Assembly: GCA_965112155.1 (NCBI GenBank)
Contig: OZ218101.1
Source: Podarcis liolepis
Taxonomy: Eukaryota
DNA length: 64,000 bases
Reading direction: 5' to 3' (one strand)
Below are positions 49,330 to 61,886 of this stretch, piece by piece. Positions within the stretch are counted from its first letter, which is position 1. Each line of letters begins with the position of its first letter. A program made the position numbers and the translations under genes. The notes under the pieces are model-generated. The model searched no databases. It worked only from the letters and a program-made list of their open reading frames with translations, and had not been told where the DNA came from.

Positions 49330-49785
49330 TCTAGGCTATCTTCTTTGGTGATCACTCGTAGCTGAGTAATATTGTCTTCCATAAACACGGTTTTAACAAT
49401 GAGTCCGAAAGTGACTGTAGAGGCTAATTCTGGACCCACGCGTCCTTCCACTGTGGGGACATTGGTTCCCGGGCGGGAGTTGATCATGGTGTGGATTTGC
49501 CAAGCCTGCCTTCCTCTTAGGACATTTCTCCCTTGCATCCTGAGTTTGAGTGTCTTCAAAGTCCATGACACCTTTGACAAAGGTGGTTCTTCAATTGGAG
49601 CACTCGCAGGCCAGAGTTTCCCAGTTGTCGGTGTTTATACTACTTTTTTTAGATTTGCTTTAAACCTCTTTTGTTCACCACCAGCATTACGCTTTCCATT
49701 TTTAAATCCGGAATATAGTTGCTTTGGAAGATGACAATCAGGCATTCGTACAACATCACATGATGATCCAGCGAGTGAATCTAGA
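49330..49785 (-). mobile_element. RTE-clade LINE 3' fragment (non-BovB)
   Basis: Minus-strand frames read ...KNGKRNAGGEQKRFKANLKK... and the C-terminal zinc-finger-like CPHSGRTRGSRISLYSHFRTHC*. Confidence 0.75.
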
Positions 49786-50947
49786 TTATAATTGCTTCAT
49801 AAAACACATCCTGCACCATACCCCTTATATCAGTACACCACAGTTTTGTTTATTATTTCTTTATTTCATAAAATTTATACATCACTTGATTTTTTTATTT
49901 AAAAACCCTCAAAGTGATTTACGAAAGATAAAACAGTAAAAATTGGGGGGGAATTACAACCCTGCTTTAAAGCATACATGTTGAATCATAACTCTCTAGA
50001 GTGACTTGGATCCTTAGATCATCATCAACATTTTTAATTTGTATACCATCTTTCTATCTTACAATACTCAAGGCGGTTTACAAGCTGAAGAAACAAAAAA
50101 TGTACATCTTATAACAATCTAATGCAGTACAAAAATGTGATAATAAAACAAAACTTTAAAATAAGCAACCTACATCAAAAGAGTAACATCCAGCTATCAT
50201 TAGACTAGTATAAAATAATATCAACGTATAAAAGTTAAACAGAAAACCACTCAACAGTTACAATAAATAATTTCCAAACTATAATCAATGAAACAACGGC
50301 AAGCCACAGTACATAAAATAATACAATACAAATTGAGAAGCAGAGACTAGAGGGTGGAGCAAGGCAGGTGGAAGAAGGCCTTGCCTAGTCTCTCCCCTCA
50401 CAGTTCTTCCTCCAGGCGCAGTTTCCTTATGAAGAATCCCAGGGCCAGGGGGTGGGGCAAGGCAGGTGGAAGGAGGCCTTGCCTGATGAAGTCTCTCCCC
50501 TCACAGTCAGCATCTCTTTATTTCCACTTTAAGAGGAAATATTCCCATCTTTGGTTATATGAACTTGAATCGGGATGGAAACTCGGAGTCACCCTCATGT
50601 GATTTCTTTTGCGTCCCCATCACCCCCAGTTCTTCTTTTAAATTCCTTCTCTCCCACCCCCAAATTTAAAACTGGAATTACCTGCTACTCTTACAAGTAA
50701 CCAGTAGCGGGCACTTAAAAGTTTGCAAAAATAGCTTACCCCAAGCTAAAAAAAAGGGGCGGATGTCTACGGGTGAATGTCTGCTTTATTTACAAAATCA
50801 AAAGAGGTTTATGAGCCTAACAAAAGTGAAACACTTAACTTCTTTTAAAAATTTAAATTTAGCTACAGCATTGCAAAATTATGTAAGAGGTGATTTTCCA
50901 CATATTGAAGAAATAGGGGTCAATGAACAATGTAGCTTGCAATAACC

Positions 50948-51311
50948 TAGTGGTACCTCGCAAGACGAATGCCTCTCAAGACGAAAAACTCGCAAGACGA
51001 AAGAGTTTTTGGTTTTTTGAGTTGCTTCGTGAGACGAATTTCCTTATGGGCTTGCTTCGCAAGACGGAAACGTCTTGCAAGTTTGTTTCCTTTTTCTTAA
51101 AACCGTTACAGTAATACAGGGTGCATTGCTTGAAGAGGTGCAGTTGTGACTTGACTTCGGGGAGCAACTCATGGCACGTGGTGTGGTAGCCTTTTTTGAA
51201 GTTTTTGAAGATTTTTTTCAAAAAATTGAAGCCGTGCTTTGCAAGACGAAAAAACTCGCAAGACGAAAAAACTCGCAGAACGAATTAATTTCATCTTGCG
51301 AGGCACCACTG
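50948..51311. mobile_element. Tc1/mariner (Tigger-like) MITE with internal GCAAGACGAA repeats
   Basis: TIRs (T)AGTGGTACCTCGCAAGACGAA...TTCATCTTGCGAGGCACCACTG followed by TA. Confidence 0.8.
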
Positions 51312-51430
51312 TATAATGAGTTAGCAATCAAGGCAGCAGTGGACGAAAGGGGCCTATTGAGCTCCAATCTTCAGCTGCACACTTCTTTTGGGTCTGGAAC
51401 CACATCTTTACTTCTGTGGTCACTTGCACA

Positions 51431-51497
51431 AAGTAAGACAGACACAGAAGGGAAGGGAAGACACAGAAGGGAAGTAAGACAGACACAGAAGGGAAGG
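51431..51497. repeat. Purine-rich short tandem repeat
   Basis: AAGTAAGACAGACACAGAAGGGAAG x2 with an intervening partial unit. Confidence 0.85.
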
Positions 51498-54410
51498 CTA
51501 GCATAGTGGTGAAGGGCTGCGGACCAGGAAATTCCTGCCAGAAACTGACCAGGAGGTCTTCCATGGCTGCTACCATTTAAAGCATATGATGGCAGCATGA
51601 TTGCACTACTAACAGCTTATGGAAAGCAGCAAAATGGCAGTGAGTATCTGGTCTCTGAAATAGCATTTAGAGCAACTTTAGAGTTTCCTATCTGAGATCT
51701 CTTTGGCCTCTTTGCATCTTATTAGGCATTACAACATGCAGCAATAGAAGCAGACTCTCTGCAATAAATGGTAATGTCCAAACATGCCTTTCTCCCACAA
51801 GGGAAATGTACTAGTGGCTCTTTCCAGGCATTTCCACTACCTGTTGCAAAGTCTTACTTGCATGTCTGCTCCTTGACAGATGTAATGCTAGAAGTTACCC
51901 CCCTAAGACTATCTGCACACAACTTCATTTCTGCATACCATACATGGTGTGTTTGTAGCCATTCTGCTCCTTATGCCGTGCAGGCTGCCATTATTGTGAC
52001 AGCCAGGATGCTGGCTGTGTGATTAAGGGCACAGCAGCTATCCCATGCTTGAGCATTCCAGGTATGTTAGAAGTTTCCATCAGAGAGGACGGATAGCATT
52101 CTCAGTGTGTTGTGATGTCTCTGTTGTAGTCTCACTCTTGCAATGGTAGGCATCCCAATGGGAATCATATGGGAAGACAGCCCTGTCATGCTCGGATCCT
52201 GCTTATGGGCTTCCCGTAGGTATCTGGTTAGCCATTCTGGGAATAGGATGCTTCTGGGCTAGACTAGATGAGCCATAGCATGATCCAGCAAGATCTCTCG
52301 AGAAGAACTGCACTATGGCTAAAATGCCTTTTTTGGCTAGTGCCATTTCAAGCACATCGCCTCTTCTGTGTGCCTGCTGTTCCTTGTGGACAGCCATAGC
52401 ATTTCAGTATTTCTGAGCCGATGGTTCTAGCCAGTCATGTCTGCCAGTGTCAATTGCCACCACACTGGTTTTCCATTAACTTGGGTCAAACCATGAGAGT
52501 GACAAGAGAGCGGATGGCAAACTAGGATGGTCATATGTCTTAGTTTACATAGGATAGTCCTCCATTTGAAGGGCTGTCTAGTCCAAGCCTGGTTTAAAGA
52601 GACGAACCACCAGAAGGCAGGAGTCTTGATGTTGCCTATCAGTGAGGAGACTGAACAGGCACAGTTTCCTCCACTAGGGTGAGGTGTATGGTATTTATAT
52701 TAAACTTATAACAATCATTTCTAAATTTGCATCTATACCTATGAATTAACACACTCAAATGTTTGCTCCTCTTCTGCAACCCTTTCTCCCCATGATGCAT
52801 TTTCTCTTTTTTTAGCAATGCATAAATGGTTATCCTAAGACAAAGATTGTAGCCAACATTATATAGTGCCACTAGGTGGAAACCTTTTTCAATATCTTAT
52901 AATTGGCATGATAACTGACTTAGGTTAGGACCATGGCACTTAAAAGGATTGCCTAATGTTTACTGTTTTGCTGCCCTAACCTTTGATGTCAGTTGTCGTG
53001 GGCATTTCTGTTGTAACAGAAATAGAGCATACTGTACGAATTATGTTGAGGATTATGTATGCTTAATCAAGGTCTGATTAAGGACTGATTTAACACCACA
53101 AAATTCCTGCATTAAAGGCAATTTCTGTAGGAATTTGCCAGAGATTCTTTTATAGAATGTAACATGTAACCGTAGTGGCATGTCGATTTTTCACTCTGTA
53201 TTCATAGACAGATAAGAAGTCATGACATGCACTCTGTGGATTTGGCTTCTAGAAATTCCAGCAGGAAGAAAGTCTCTCTCAGTCCCAGAATTCGTACATG
53301 AATGAAACAGCCCTCAGTTTCTCAAGCAGAACAGTGAGGTGGAGCAGTTAAAGTGTTGGGCCCGGGAGACCATGGTTTAAAACCCCACTCAGCTATGAAG
53401 CTCACTGGGTGACCTTGGACCATTTGCATTCAGCCTAACCTACCTCACTGGCGAATTATGAGGGTAAAAGGGAGAACGAGGTCCAATGGGCTGACATCTT
53501 ACAGTACTTGGACCGCCTCCCCCCAGCCTCTCATCACTTGGGCTCCTCCAGTGACTGTGCTACTGCAGCCACTATTTGCTTGCTCTCACTCACTCACTCA
53601 CTCACTCACAGGCTTATCTGTTAGTGCTGTAAAGGGCTGGCTGTTGTGGTGCTGTTTTACACCTCCCATTATAGCACTACCACCAGGTAAGCCTGTTTAA
53701 CTTCAGGGAAGGCCAAGGTTGATGATGGAAGCAGCACTGCTGCAAGACGTGTGTGTGTGTGTGTAACTGAGTGGTATTGGGCATTGCAGGGGCAATCGAT
53801 ATTGAGGAGGGACCACTGCCAACTACACCCTGCTCAGGGCTCTAAAAAACTGGACCTGAGCTTGTCCTCACTGCTCGTTTTTTGGGAGCTATCATGGTAT
53901 TAATCCCTATTTTATTAACTTGGCAGAACCACATAGCTCTCTGTGTCTAAAAACAATTTGTGCCCCTTCAATTGGCTCCTTGCTGTGCTCTTGGCTTCAC
54001 CATGGGGGGAAATGACTCTATCTAGTGCCGAATGTAGACTTGCTGGGTTTGGATGAGTTATTTGAGTCTGTGACTCTTGTCCGGCTCCCTGAGCTGAAGG
54101 CATCGTGCCAGGATCTGTGCCTCTCTAGACCACCTGGCAAGATTGGCTGGATGTCCTAGTGAACAAAAATGGAAGGTGGGGCTTAAAACTTGGTGCTTCT
54201 GCCCAGGTGTGGAGTTGATGGTCCCAGTGTGGAGAGGACTGCCTTCCCTTAGTAACTTCAGGGCTTGCTAATTTCAGTTTGTAGACGTACAGTTCAGCTG
54301 TGGTATTTAATTCCTCTCTTTACCCTTGTGCTCATTTAATAATGAGAAGACTTACATGCTTACTATTTTCAGCCAAGGACATCTTGCTGTCCCTCTTAGA
54401 TTAGAATATA

Positions 54411-54555
54411 GCCTGGTTTGCTCAGTTGGTTAGACTAGCGTAGTGCTGATAACAGCTAGGTTGCAGGATTGATCCCTGTATGGGCCACCTGCATATTCCT
54501 GAATTGCAGGGGGTTGGACTAGATGATCCTTGAGCTCCCAACTCTACAATTATAT
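54411..54555 (+). mobile_element. SINE with tRNA-Ile-like head and CR1 tail
   Basis: GCCTGGTTTGCTCAGTTGGTTAGA...GTGCTGATAAC...GATCCCTGTATGGGCCA followed by CCTGCATATTCCTGAATTGCAGGGGGTTGGACTAGATGATC. Confidence 0.75.
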
Positions 54556-56704
54556 TCCATACTGTGGCTACCTTGCTCCTAAGAACTGTGATGAGTGCAT
54601 GTTCTGGGAGGCACATGCCCAGACTAAAGCTAGTTACCACATCCTACCTCTCAATCAGCAACATGTTACTCCTTCCCCTTTTCCTGTGGGGTGGAAGTTC
54701 TCAGACCCTGTCTAGGCACTCCTGCCCTGCTGCTCACAATTCAAAGTCCAGCAGTCTGGATTTTTAAAAGGCATGCTGACCCAAGCAACTTTTTGGAATA
54801 TTTGGGCAGTTGGTCTGGGGTCTGTTTGCAATGCATAAAGAAGTCCATATTTTAAAATGGCATCCAGTCCACCTGCTGCCAAGGAAAAATGGTTGTCAGG
54901 GTCTCAGAACTGCTCACAGTGTGTCTCATATGCTGACACTTTGAACGACTGCTGGCATATACTTAGTTATTCAGTAATTATTAGCGATAATGATGGAGAA
55001 AGGGGCAACCACATTTGCAAAGAAGGTGGAATCCTGTATGTAACTAGTTGTAACTGAACAGTTAATTCCACCATGGGTATTAAACTCGCTTTCTTAGGAG
55101 GTGTATCTATAACCGGCTCTTCTTGATTCTCTTTGATGGAATACAAACAGCTGTAACCTTTCACCAGATAAATCTTGGAACCTGCTGAATGGCTGACCTT
55201 GTTAAACATTCCAGGATTTCAGTCGAACTTTTGTTGTCTCCTGATCTCCCTCATCTTTTTTAAAAAAGCATTTTGCCTTGATTTTTATCACTGAAAGCCA
55301 CATTCGGGTGTTTTAATAGAAAGGTGTGGTATGAACCTTTAAATAAATAAATAAATAAGTGCAGTGAGTTGGGTCCAGAGTTTATCATACTTGGAGGTAA
55401 CCCATGGTAATCGAGGGGCCATGCATTAATCCTGACCCTCAATGCTGACTATGCAATTGGGTAATGATGCAGAACTTTGGCCAGCTTGATAGCAATTCAT
55501 ATTAATCTCTAGGCAATAATTTTGCCAGTCTTATCTTTATCGACCTAACCTATCTATTTTATTCATAGGACTGCTTTAACATTATTCTCTGTCTGCTGAC
55601 TTTATTTGCAACCAATCGTTTCCTGCTTGTCAGTTATTGTAATCAGCTTTCTTAGTAACAGAGCATCACACTGGAAACTTTCCACTTCATTTGATTTATG
55701 ACTCAGATGGCTCTGGGAACAAATGCTACACCGGGGAGAAAGGAAATACTCTTGTTTCAAAGGGGGAACCTAGTGAATGGTCTCTACTGCAGGATCCTCA
55801 TTCAAACGCACTCGGACGAAGCTTGACTAACAGCACTCATCCCTAATGTGGTAGCTTTTCCACATGCGGGAAGCTTTTAATACAGTTCTCTATGATCCAG
55901 TAGTTTAAAGTGATTCACTCTAGTTAGGACTGTAGCACATGCCTTTTCTTCATGAATCAGCCCTCAGAATAGCAGCAAAACAAACGAATCTGCTTTCATC
56001 CCCGGGGTCTGCAGGTCCCAGTGGGTGCCTTAAGTGGCTGCCAGCTGGACTTGCCTTTGGTAAGTGTGAGCTACTGGCACGATGTTTATTTCCTGAATTC
56101 TTTAGTAGCATTTGGGTGCCTTTCTCCTCCTGCTTCCTGTCGTACATGCCCACACTGCATTGTTGGTCTAAGGTTACTGAGAAGGGCAGGGCTGTTGGAA
56201 GGAGTTATTCTTGTTTGCCCTTTAGCAAGAGCCAGGACACATTTATTTACTTTGGAGAGGTAGGCATGCAGTGCAAAGCTGTGGAAAGTATAGGTGGAAA
56301 TAAATTAAGCCCTTTGTGTGTGTGTGTTGGATTTGTATCTTAAGAATTAATGAAAGATTTCTGTTTAGTTCTCAAATAGCCTGTAGAGACAAATGGCGTT
56401 TCTGTTTTTAGAATAGTAAGGTGCAAACAATTTCTTTGTAATGTGCGAGCCTTTTCAGTGCTAATCCATGTTTACTAGGAAAAACACGTGTGCTGCTATA
56501 ATGTCTGAACTGTGGCACGAGTGTTTTTCCTGTGACATGTACATGGAATAGGCAGCCGCACCACTCAACAGAAATAATCTTGCACGTGCAAGAATTTCAA
56601 CTACAGGGCAAATGTAGTGAATCTGAGGCAGAGCTGGGAACAGTTGATCAACAAATTGTTGTAGCCCTTGACTACCATTATTAATCTTCCAGGTATGAGG
56701 AACA

Positions 56705-57021
56705 ACAGAGCCTAGGACTTGCCGATCAGAAGGTCGGCTGTTCGAATCCCCGTGACGGGGTGAGCTCCCATTGCTCGGTCCCTGCTCCTGCCAACCTAGC
56801 AAGTGCAAGTAGATAAACAGGTACCGCTCCGGCGGGAAGGTAAACGCCGTTTCCATGTGCTGCTCTGGTTTGCCAGAAGTGGCTTAGTCATGCTGGCCAC
56901 ATGACAAGGAAGCTGTCTGCGGACAAACGCTGGCTCCCTTGGCCAATAAAGCGAGATGAGCACTGCATCCCCAGAGTCGGTCCTGACTGGACCTAATGGT
57001 CAGGGGTCCCTTTACCTTTAC
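56705..57021 (+). mobile_element. Sauria (Squam1) SINE, 5'-truncated
   Basis: ACAGAGCCTAGGACTTGCCGATCAGAAGG...GGGGTCCCTTTACCTTTAC; TSD TATGAGGA at 56694-56701 and 57023-57030. Confidence 0.93.
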
Positions 57022-57308
57022 TTATGAGGATGAACTCTGGCATGAGAACTGATTTTATTATGTAGACCCAATTTAAGGTAGTCAGAAAACAGAATGTATA
57101 TTGGGGTGGTGGATGGCTGCGATAAACAATTTAGGCAGCAGTGCTCACACTGACAAGGAAGTAAGCCCCATGGAATGCTGTGGGACAAACTTCTAGGCAA
57201 ATGTGCATAGGATTTCACCACAAATGTGCATAGAATTTTAAACTTTTGATTCGTCACCCACAATATCCCAAAGTGAATACAGATCTACACATGTATAAGG
57301 CCTAGGGC

Positions 57309-57580
57309 AGGGGTTCCCAAACTCATGAGCTTCATCCAGGTGGTCTGCAGCATGTCCATTTTAAACATTCTTAATAATAATATTGATTTTTTTTACTACT
57401 TATATTGTATTTTGTTGTATTTTTAATTCTGTGAAATTCAGATTGTAATGCAATAAACTACAGTGAAACCATAATGCAACTAGAAATCATATAGCAACTA
57501 GCATAGTGCACTAAAATTTCTACAACAGAAAAATGAGCCATTTTCAAGTGGTCTATGGTTGGGGGGGCAGTTTGGGGATC
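57309..57580. mobile_element. hAT-type non-autonomous remnant
   Basis: CAGGGGTTCCCAAACT start and degenerate AGTTTGGGG end. Confidence 0.45.
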
Positions 57581-58348
57581 CAAAATGCTAACTGAGAGGA
57601 AAATGTGTGCTGGGTTTGTGTGAAAGCTGTATGATTCTAACTAAGAAATCCCAATGCTGGCAAATAAAAGAGCCCTGCAAAGCAAATTATACCTTTCTTT
57701 TCTAGAACTACAACTTTAAACTACCATTTGCTACCTGCATATTGTTTAACTTGACTGTTGTTTCATGACTCAGTTATTTTTCCATATTGATTTTTAATGT
57801 GTGTGTTTTTTAAAATGAAAATGAATGCACAGATGACTCCCCAAGCCATGACCCCCTGATTTAGCATTGCATCCAGATCAGGGGTTGCTTCTCTCCCAAC
57901 AAGCCACAAAATGAAGTGAGGGTTTCTTTTTTTACTTACCAGTTGTGGCGGTTTCTTTGAACGAAATACTATCCTCTGTTGTTCTCGCCCATCTCAGATG
58001 AGGAGTGAAATCTGCTTTTATGGTAAAGTATTTAACTATGGTTTACCATGTTGCACAAACCAGGCCACTGCAGAACAGTCTGTCTGAGCAGGGAGAACTT
58101 GGATGTAAAACAGCAGTACCCTTAACAGTCCACAAAACCATTCTTGGGTCACCCCAGATTGTATGACTTATTCCCCTACCTAGAAATCTCTCACAGGATA
58201 AGAACATAAGAAAAGCATGCTAGATCAGGCCAGTAGCTCATCTAGTACAGCATCCTAAGTAGACAACTAGATGCTGTAAAGCGGAGCTCACAAGCAGGAC
58301 CTGAGGACAAGGATAAAACTTTGTATGTGTTTCAGGCCCTATTGCATT

Positions 58349-58699
58349 AAAGGTAAAGGGACCCCTGACCATTAGGTCCATTTGTGACCGACTCTGGGGT
58401 TGCGGCACTCATCTCGCTTTATTGGCCGAGGGAACCGGCGTATAGCTTCCGGGTCATGTGGCCAGCATGACTAAGCCGCTTCTGGTGAACCAGAGCAACG
58501 CACGGAAACGCCGTTTACCTTCCCGCCGGAACAGTACCTATTTATCTACTTGCACTTTGACATGCTTTTGAACTGCTAGGTGGGCAGGAGCAGGGACCGA
58601 GCAACGAGAGCTCATCCCGTTGCGGGGATTCGAACCGCCGACCTTCTGATTGGCAAGTCCTAGGCTCTGTGGTTTAACCCACAGTGCCACCCACGTCCC
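58349..58699 (-). mobile_element. Sauria (Squam1) SINE, full length
   Basis: AAAGGTAAAGGGACCCCTGACC...CAGTGCCACCCACGTCCC; TSD CCTATT(G/A)CATTAAA at 58338-58351 and 58701-58714. Confidence 0.95.
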
Positions 58700-61600
58700 T
58701 CCTATTACATTAAATCCCTCCAATTATTTTGTTGAACCTGCTGAATTCTGGGGTTGGAGAGAAAGAAACATAGCAGAAAGAGAACCAAGAGCCCAGCTTG
58801 GTTATAGAAACAACTACTATATAATGGCAGTGTCTGGAAAAGGTCTAGGCTGCCGGCTCTTGGTTGGATGTGCCAAAGGGAAATGGAGCTTGTGCCATAG
58901 CAAACTCAGCGTGTGGCCGTCAGCGAAGCAGCATGAACTTCATCTCCCATTACTTTCAGCATCGATATCAAGCAAGCATTGGCTAATTCAATTAAAACTC
59001 CACCTGAACCTTATGGGAGAACGAACATGTGGAATGCATTCATTTGTATGGGATGGTGACATGTATCTGTCCCTTGCAAATATCATCTTCCATTCCCTCC
59101 CTTCTTGCCTCTACCCCCCCCCAAAAGAAACAGAACTTATTCTAAAATAAGAACATATTTTTATTGTGTTCAGTTTTTGCTGCTCCTAATCTGACCCCAC
59201 CCCAATCTGACCCACAAAGCAGATGCAGGGTTAGTTCAATGAAATGAGTGTGGAGTGGCATGATAGCTGAATATTTTGCATTCCAACTACTGTCACTTTT
59301 TGTAATTCTCCCTTGACCCTTTCTCACCTTTGTTGTGCTGAGTGGCACAGGCAAGGGCCCAACTGGATTGGGCATTTTCATGCAAGCTAAACGCAGTTTA
59401 TGCAAACTGTTCCTAAGATGCCTAAATTCATGTGTTGAGAAATAAATAATATTTCCTCATTGATGAATCGCTTCCCATGAAGCATCCAGAAGCAATTCAA
59501 CATAAGCAACAAAACAAATATAAATACAGTTTCAAGTCCAATGCAGAGCAAGACTGAGATAAAAACCTCCACTAAAGTATGCTGTCTTTGACAGGTGCTG
59601 AAAAGACAATAGAGGCAACACTTGTCTGATGTGTAATGCACAGGGGGTGGGGATAAAATTCCTAAAGATGGGTGCCTCCACACCAAAGTTCAAATTCTTA
59701 CATCATACAGAATGGACCTCCTGATGTGATGGTCAGTGCAAGAGCACAGGGATCAATCAACCCCAGCCAGCATGGTCAAAAATCAGGGATGGTGGGAGTC
59801 ATCGTCCAAAACATCTGGGAGGCACCATGTGGGGGAAGGCTGGTGTAATGTGTAGCCAACCAGGAGCTAGAATATGGCTATGATGACAAGTAGCCACTGA
59901 TAGCTTTATCATGCATAAATGTGATCTTTTGAAGTCATGTAAGTCAGTGGCCATCACTGCATCTTGTGTGTTCAGTGATCTTAGCTAATAAAGGATGTTC
60001 TAGTGTGGGGCCAGAGGGGGGTTCATTCAAATCTGTGTAAGTCAGAAGTGTATCCTGCCTCCCTTCACAGCACTTTCATTATCTGCCATGGTTAATGAAT
60101 GCCTGGATAGAGCTGCTGCCTTTGATCTAGTAAGGAGTCAGTGCACCTGAATCCCTTCCCATTTGGGTACTTGACATGGTGGAGCAGTGCGGGTGCAGTT
60201 TCCCCTCCTAGGATTTCACAGACCTGTAAATATACCTTTTGTTCTGCGGCTCGTAAGCTGTGCAACATAACAAGGATCGACCGTCAGGCTTTACTCAAAA
60301 CTGGCTTGTCTGGGCCATGGCAAATGTGTGGCTGACGTGACTTGTGGGTGCCGCAAAAACAAGTGACAGCTTCCCTTCCCAGAAACCCCTTCAGTGAAAT
60401 AAATGGAAAAGAGACTGGAGACTCAGCTACATTGGCAAAGAAAGAACACTTCATATGTGTTGTTTATGCATTCTAACACTGTGACACCAGCTGGCGCTGT
60501 GGAGTTCCGTTTTTGCCAGCCTGATTTCTCATACAAAGTTTACAGTGCGTTTAACTGAAACGCTTCCTGATGTGTCTAGATCCAGCCTGAGTCTCCATTT
60601 CCCCATCTTTTGAAAAACCAGCTGCTTGTGAAGGGTCCTTCTGGAAATCTGATGCCCTTCATGCTAACTCAGGCATATCGTCACACCTGTAGGATCTCTG
60701 GAATGATCTACAATAAAGGAGCGCTCTAATGTGGGTAGGGTCTCCCTAGGTGAAATCCTACACCTGAAGCTCTTATATGGACTGTACATTTGGGCTTTTG
60801 AGAAAGGCGCCCCTTTGCGTTAGGGATGTGAAGTGACAACAAGAATTGCATTATTTCTGTAAGCAGCTTCATCTGTTTCAGGGCAACTCTGTGTCATTTT
60901 GATTCAATTTCTTATTCGGGTCCAAATCTGATCTGTTAAACCTGAAGCTGCTTTGCCCTTGGTGAGTGTAATGGGGAATCAAAAAGCTGCTTATAAGGGT
61001 TTGTTTGTTTTCTTTCTTTTCACTTAAGTGGATGAAGAGTGGATGGAGCCTGCCAAATTTCAGGCTGTGCATTGAAATTCTGGGGACAGCTGAGGCCATA
61101 GAGGAAATCAGAAACTTAGGGAGTCCCTGATGTGCTTTGTGGATTGTGCAATCTGACTCAGGAACGTGAGCCCCTGGTCAGAATCACCCTGGGATTTTTT
61201 ATGTTACTCGGAGTATACACATAGCCAATGCGCAGTCCTCTGTGCACTCCAGGAAAATGCTGCAACTCTCCAGTGCCATGTGAGGAGGGAGTCCGATGAG
61301 TCTCTCGATTTGATGAACCTTTAAATTCTGCAGAGACGTGGAGAGAATAAAATTGTACTTTTAAATTTGTTTAAAGGTAGTTCTTAAGTTTAGAATTTCA
61401 GAACAAGGTATTTCTGAATTTAAAGAGCTTGTAGATTTTTCAAGTTCATGAAGTATTTTACTTCCAAACAAATGGAGCTAAAATAAAAGCCTTGTGCCAG
61501 TAAGCACCAAAGTCTGCTCTCTTTGTTTTGGTGGGTGAGGAAGGTGACAGTTTCAGCATTTCATATTCTGCACCTATACATGTTCCAAAATGATTCTGGT

Positions 61601-61727
61601 TTGTTTCTGCATAAGGAAAGTTTGGATATGATCCTTTTCATGGTGGGGCAAGCACAATACGATACAGATCAGTTGTCTTTGGTCTGTGTGTCTCTGTGTT
61701 ACATAATTTCTTCTTTTCCCTTTCCAG

Positions 61728-61886
61728 GACTGACAGCTATTCCCCAGGTATTTAAAATGGAGATTTCCTTCAACCCCAGTGATAAAAACACATATGAGAA
61801 GTTCACGAAGCCCATGGATGCATTTCTGAAGGCTTATGAGTTTAATCAGGAGCAAGATGCAGATTTTGAGCTTGAGTCTTGTGCCA
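61728..61886 (+). CDS. ATP1B1: Na+/K+-ATPase beta-1 subunit, exon 3
   Basis: Polypyrimidine tract plus CAG|; encodes (G)LTAIPQVFKMEISFNPSDKNTYEKFTKPMDAFLKAYEFNQEQDADFELESCA; 159 nt; donor A|GTGAGT; phase consistent with exon 2. Confidence 0.95.

Noticed and set aside
50948-51311. CRISPR-like array of GCAAGACGAA repeats
   Set aside because: Spacing is irregular, the repeats lie inside the TIRs of a Tigger-like MITE, the context is eukaryotic and there are no cas genes.
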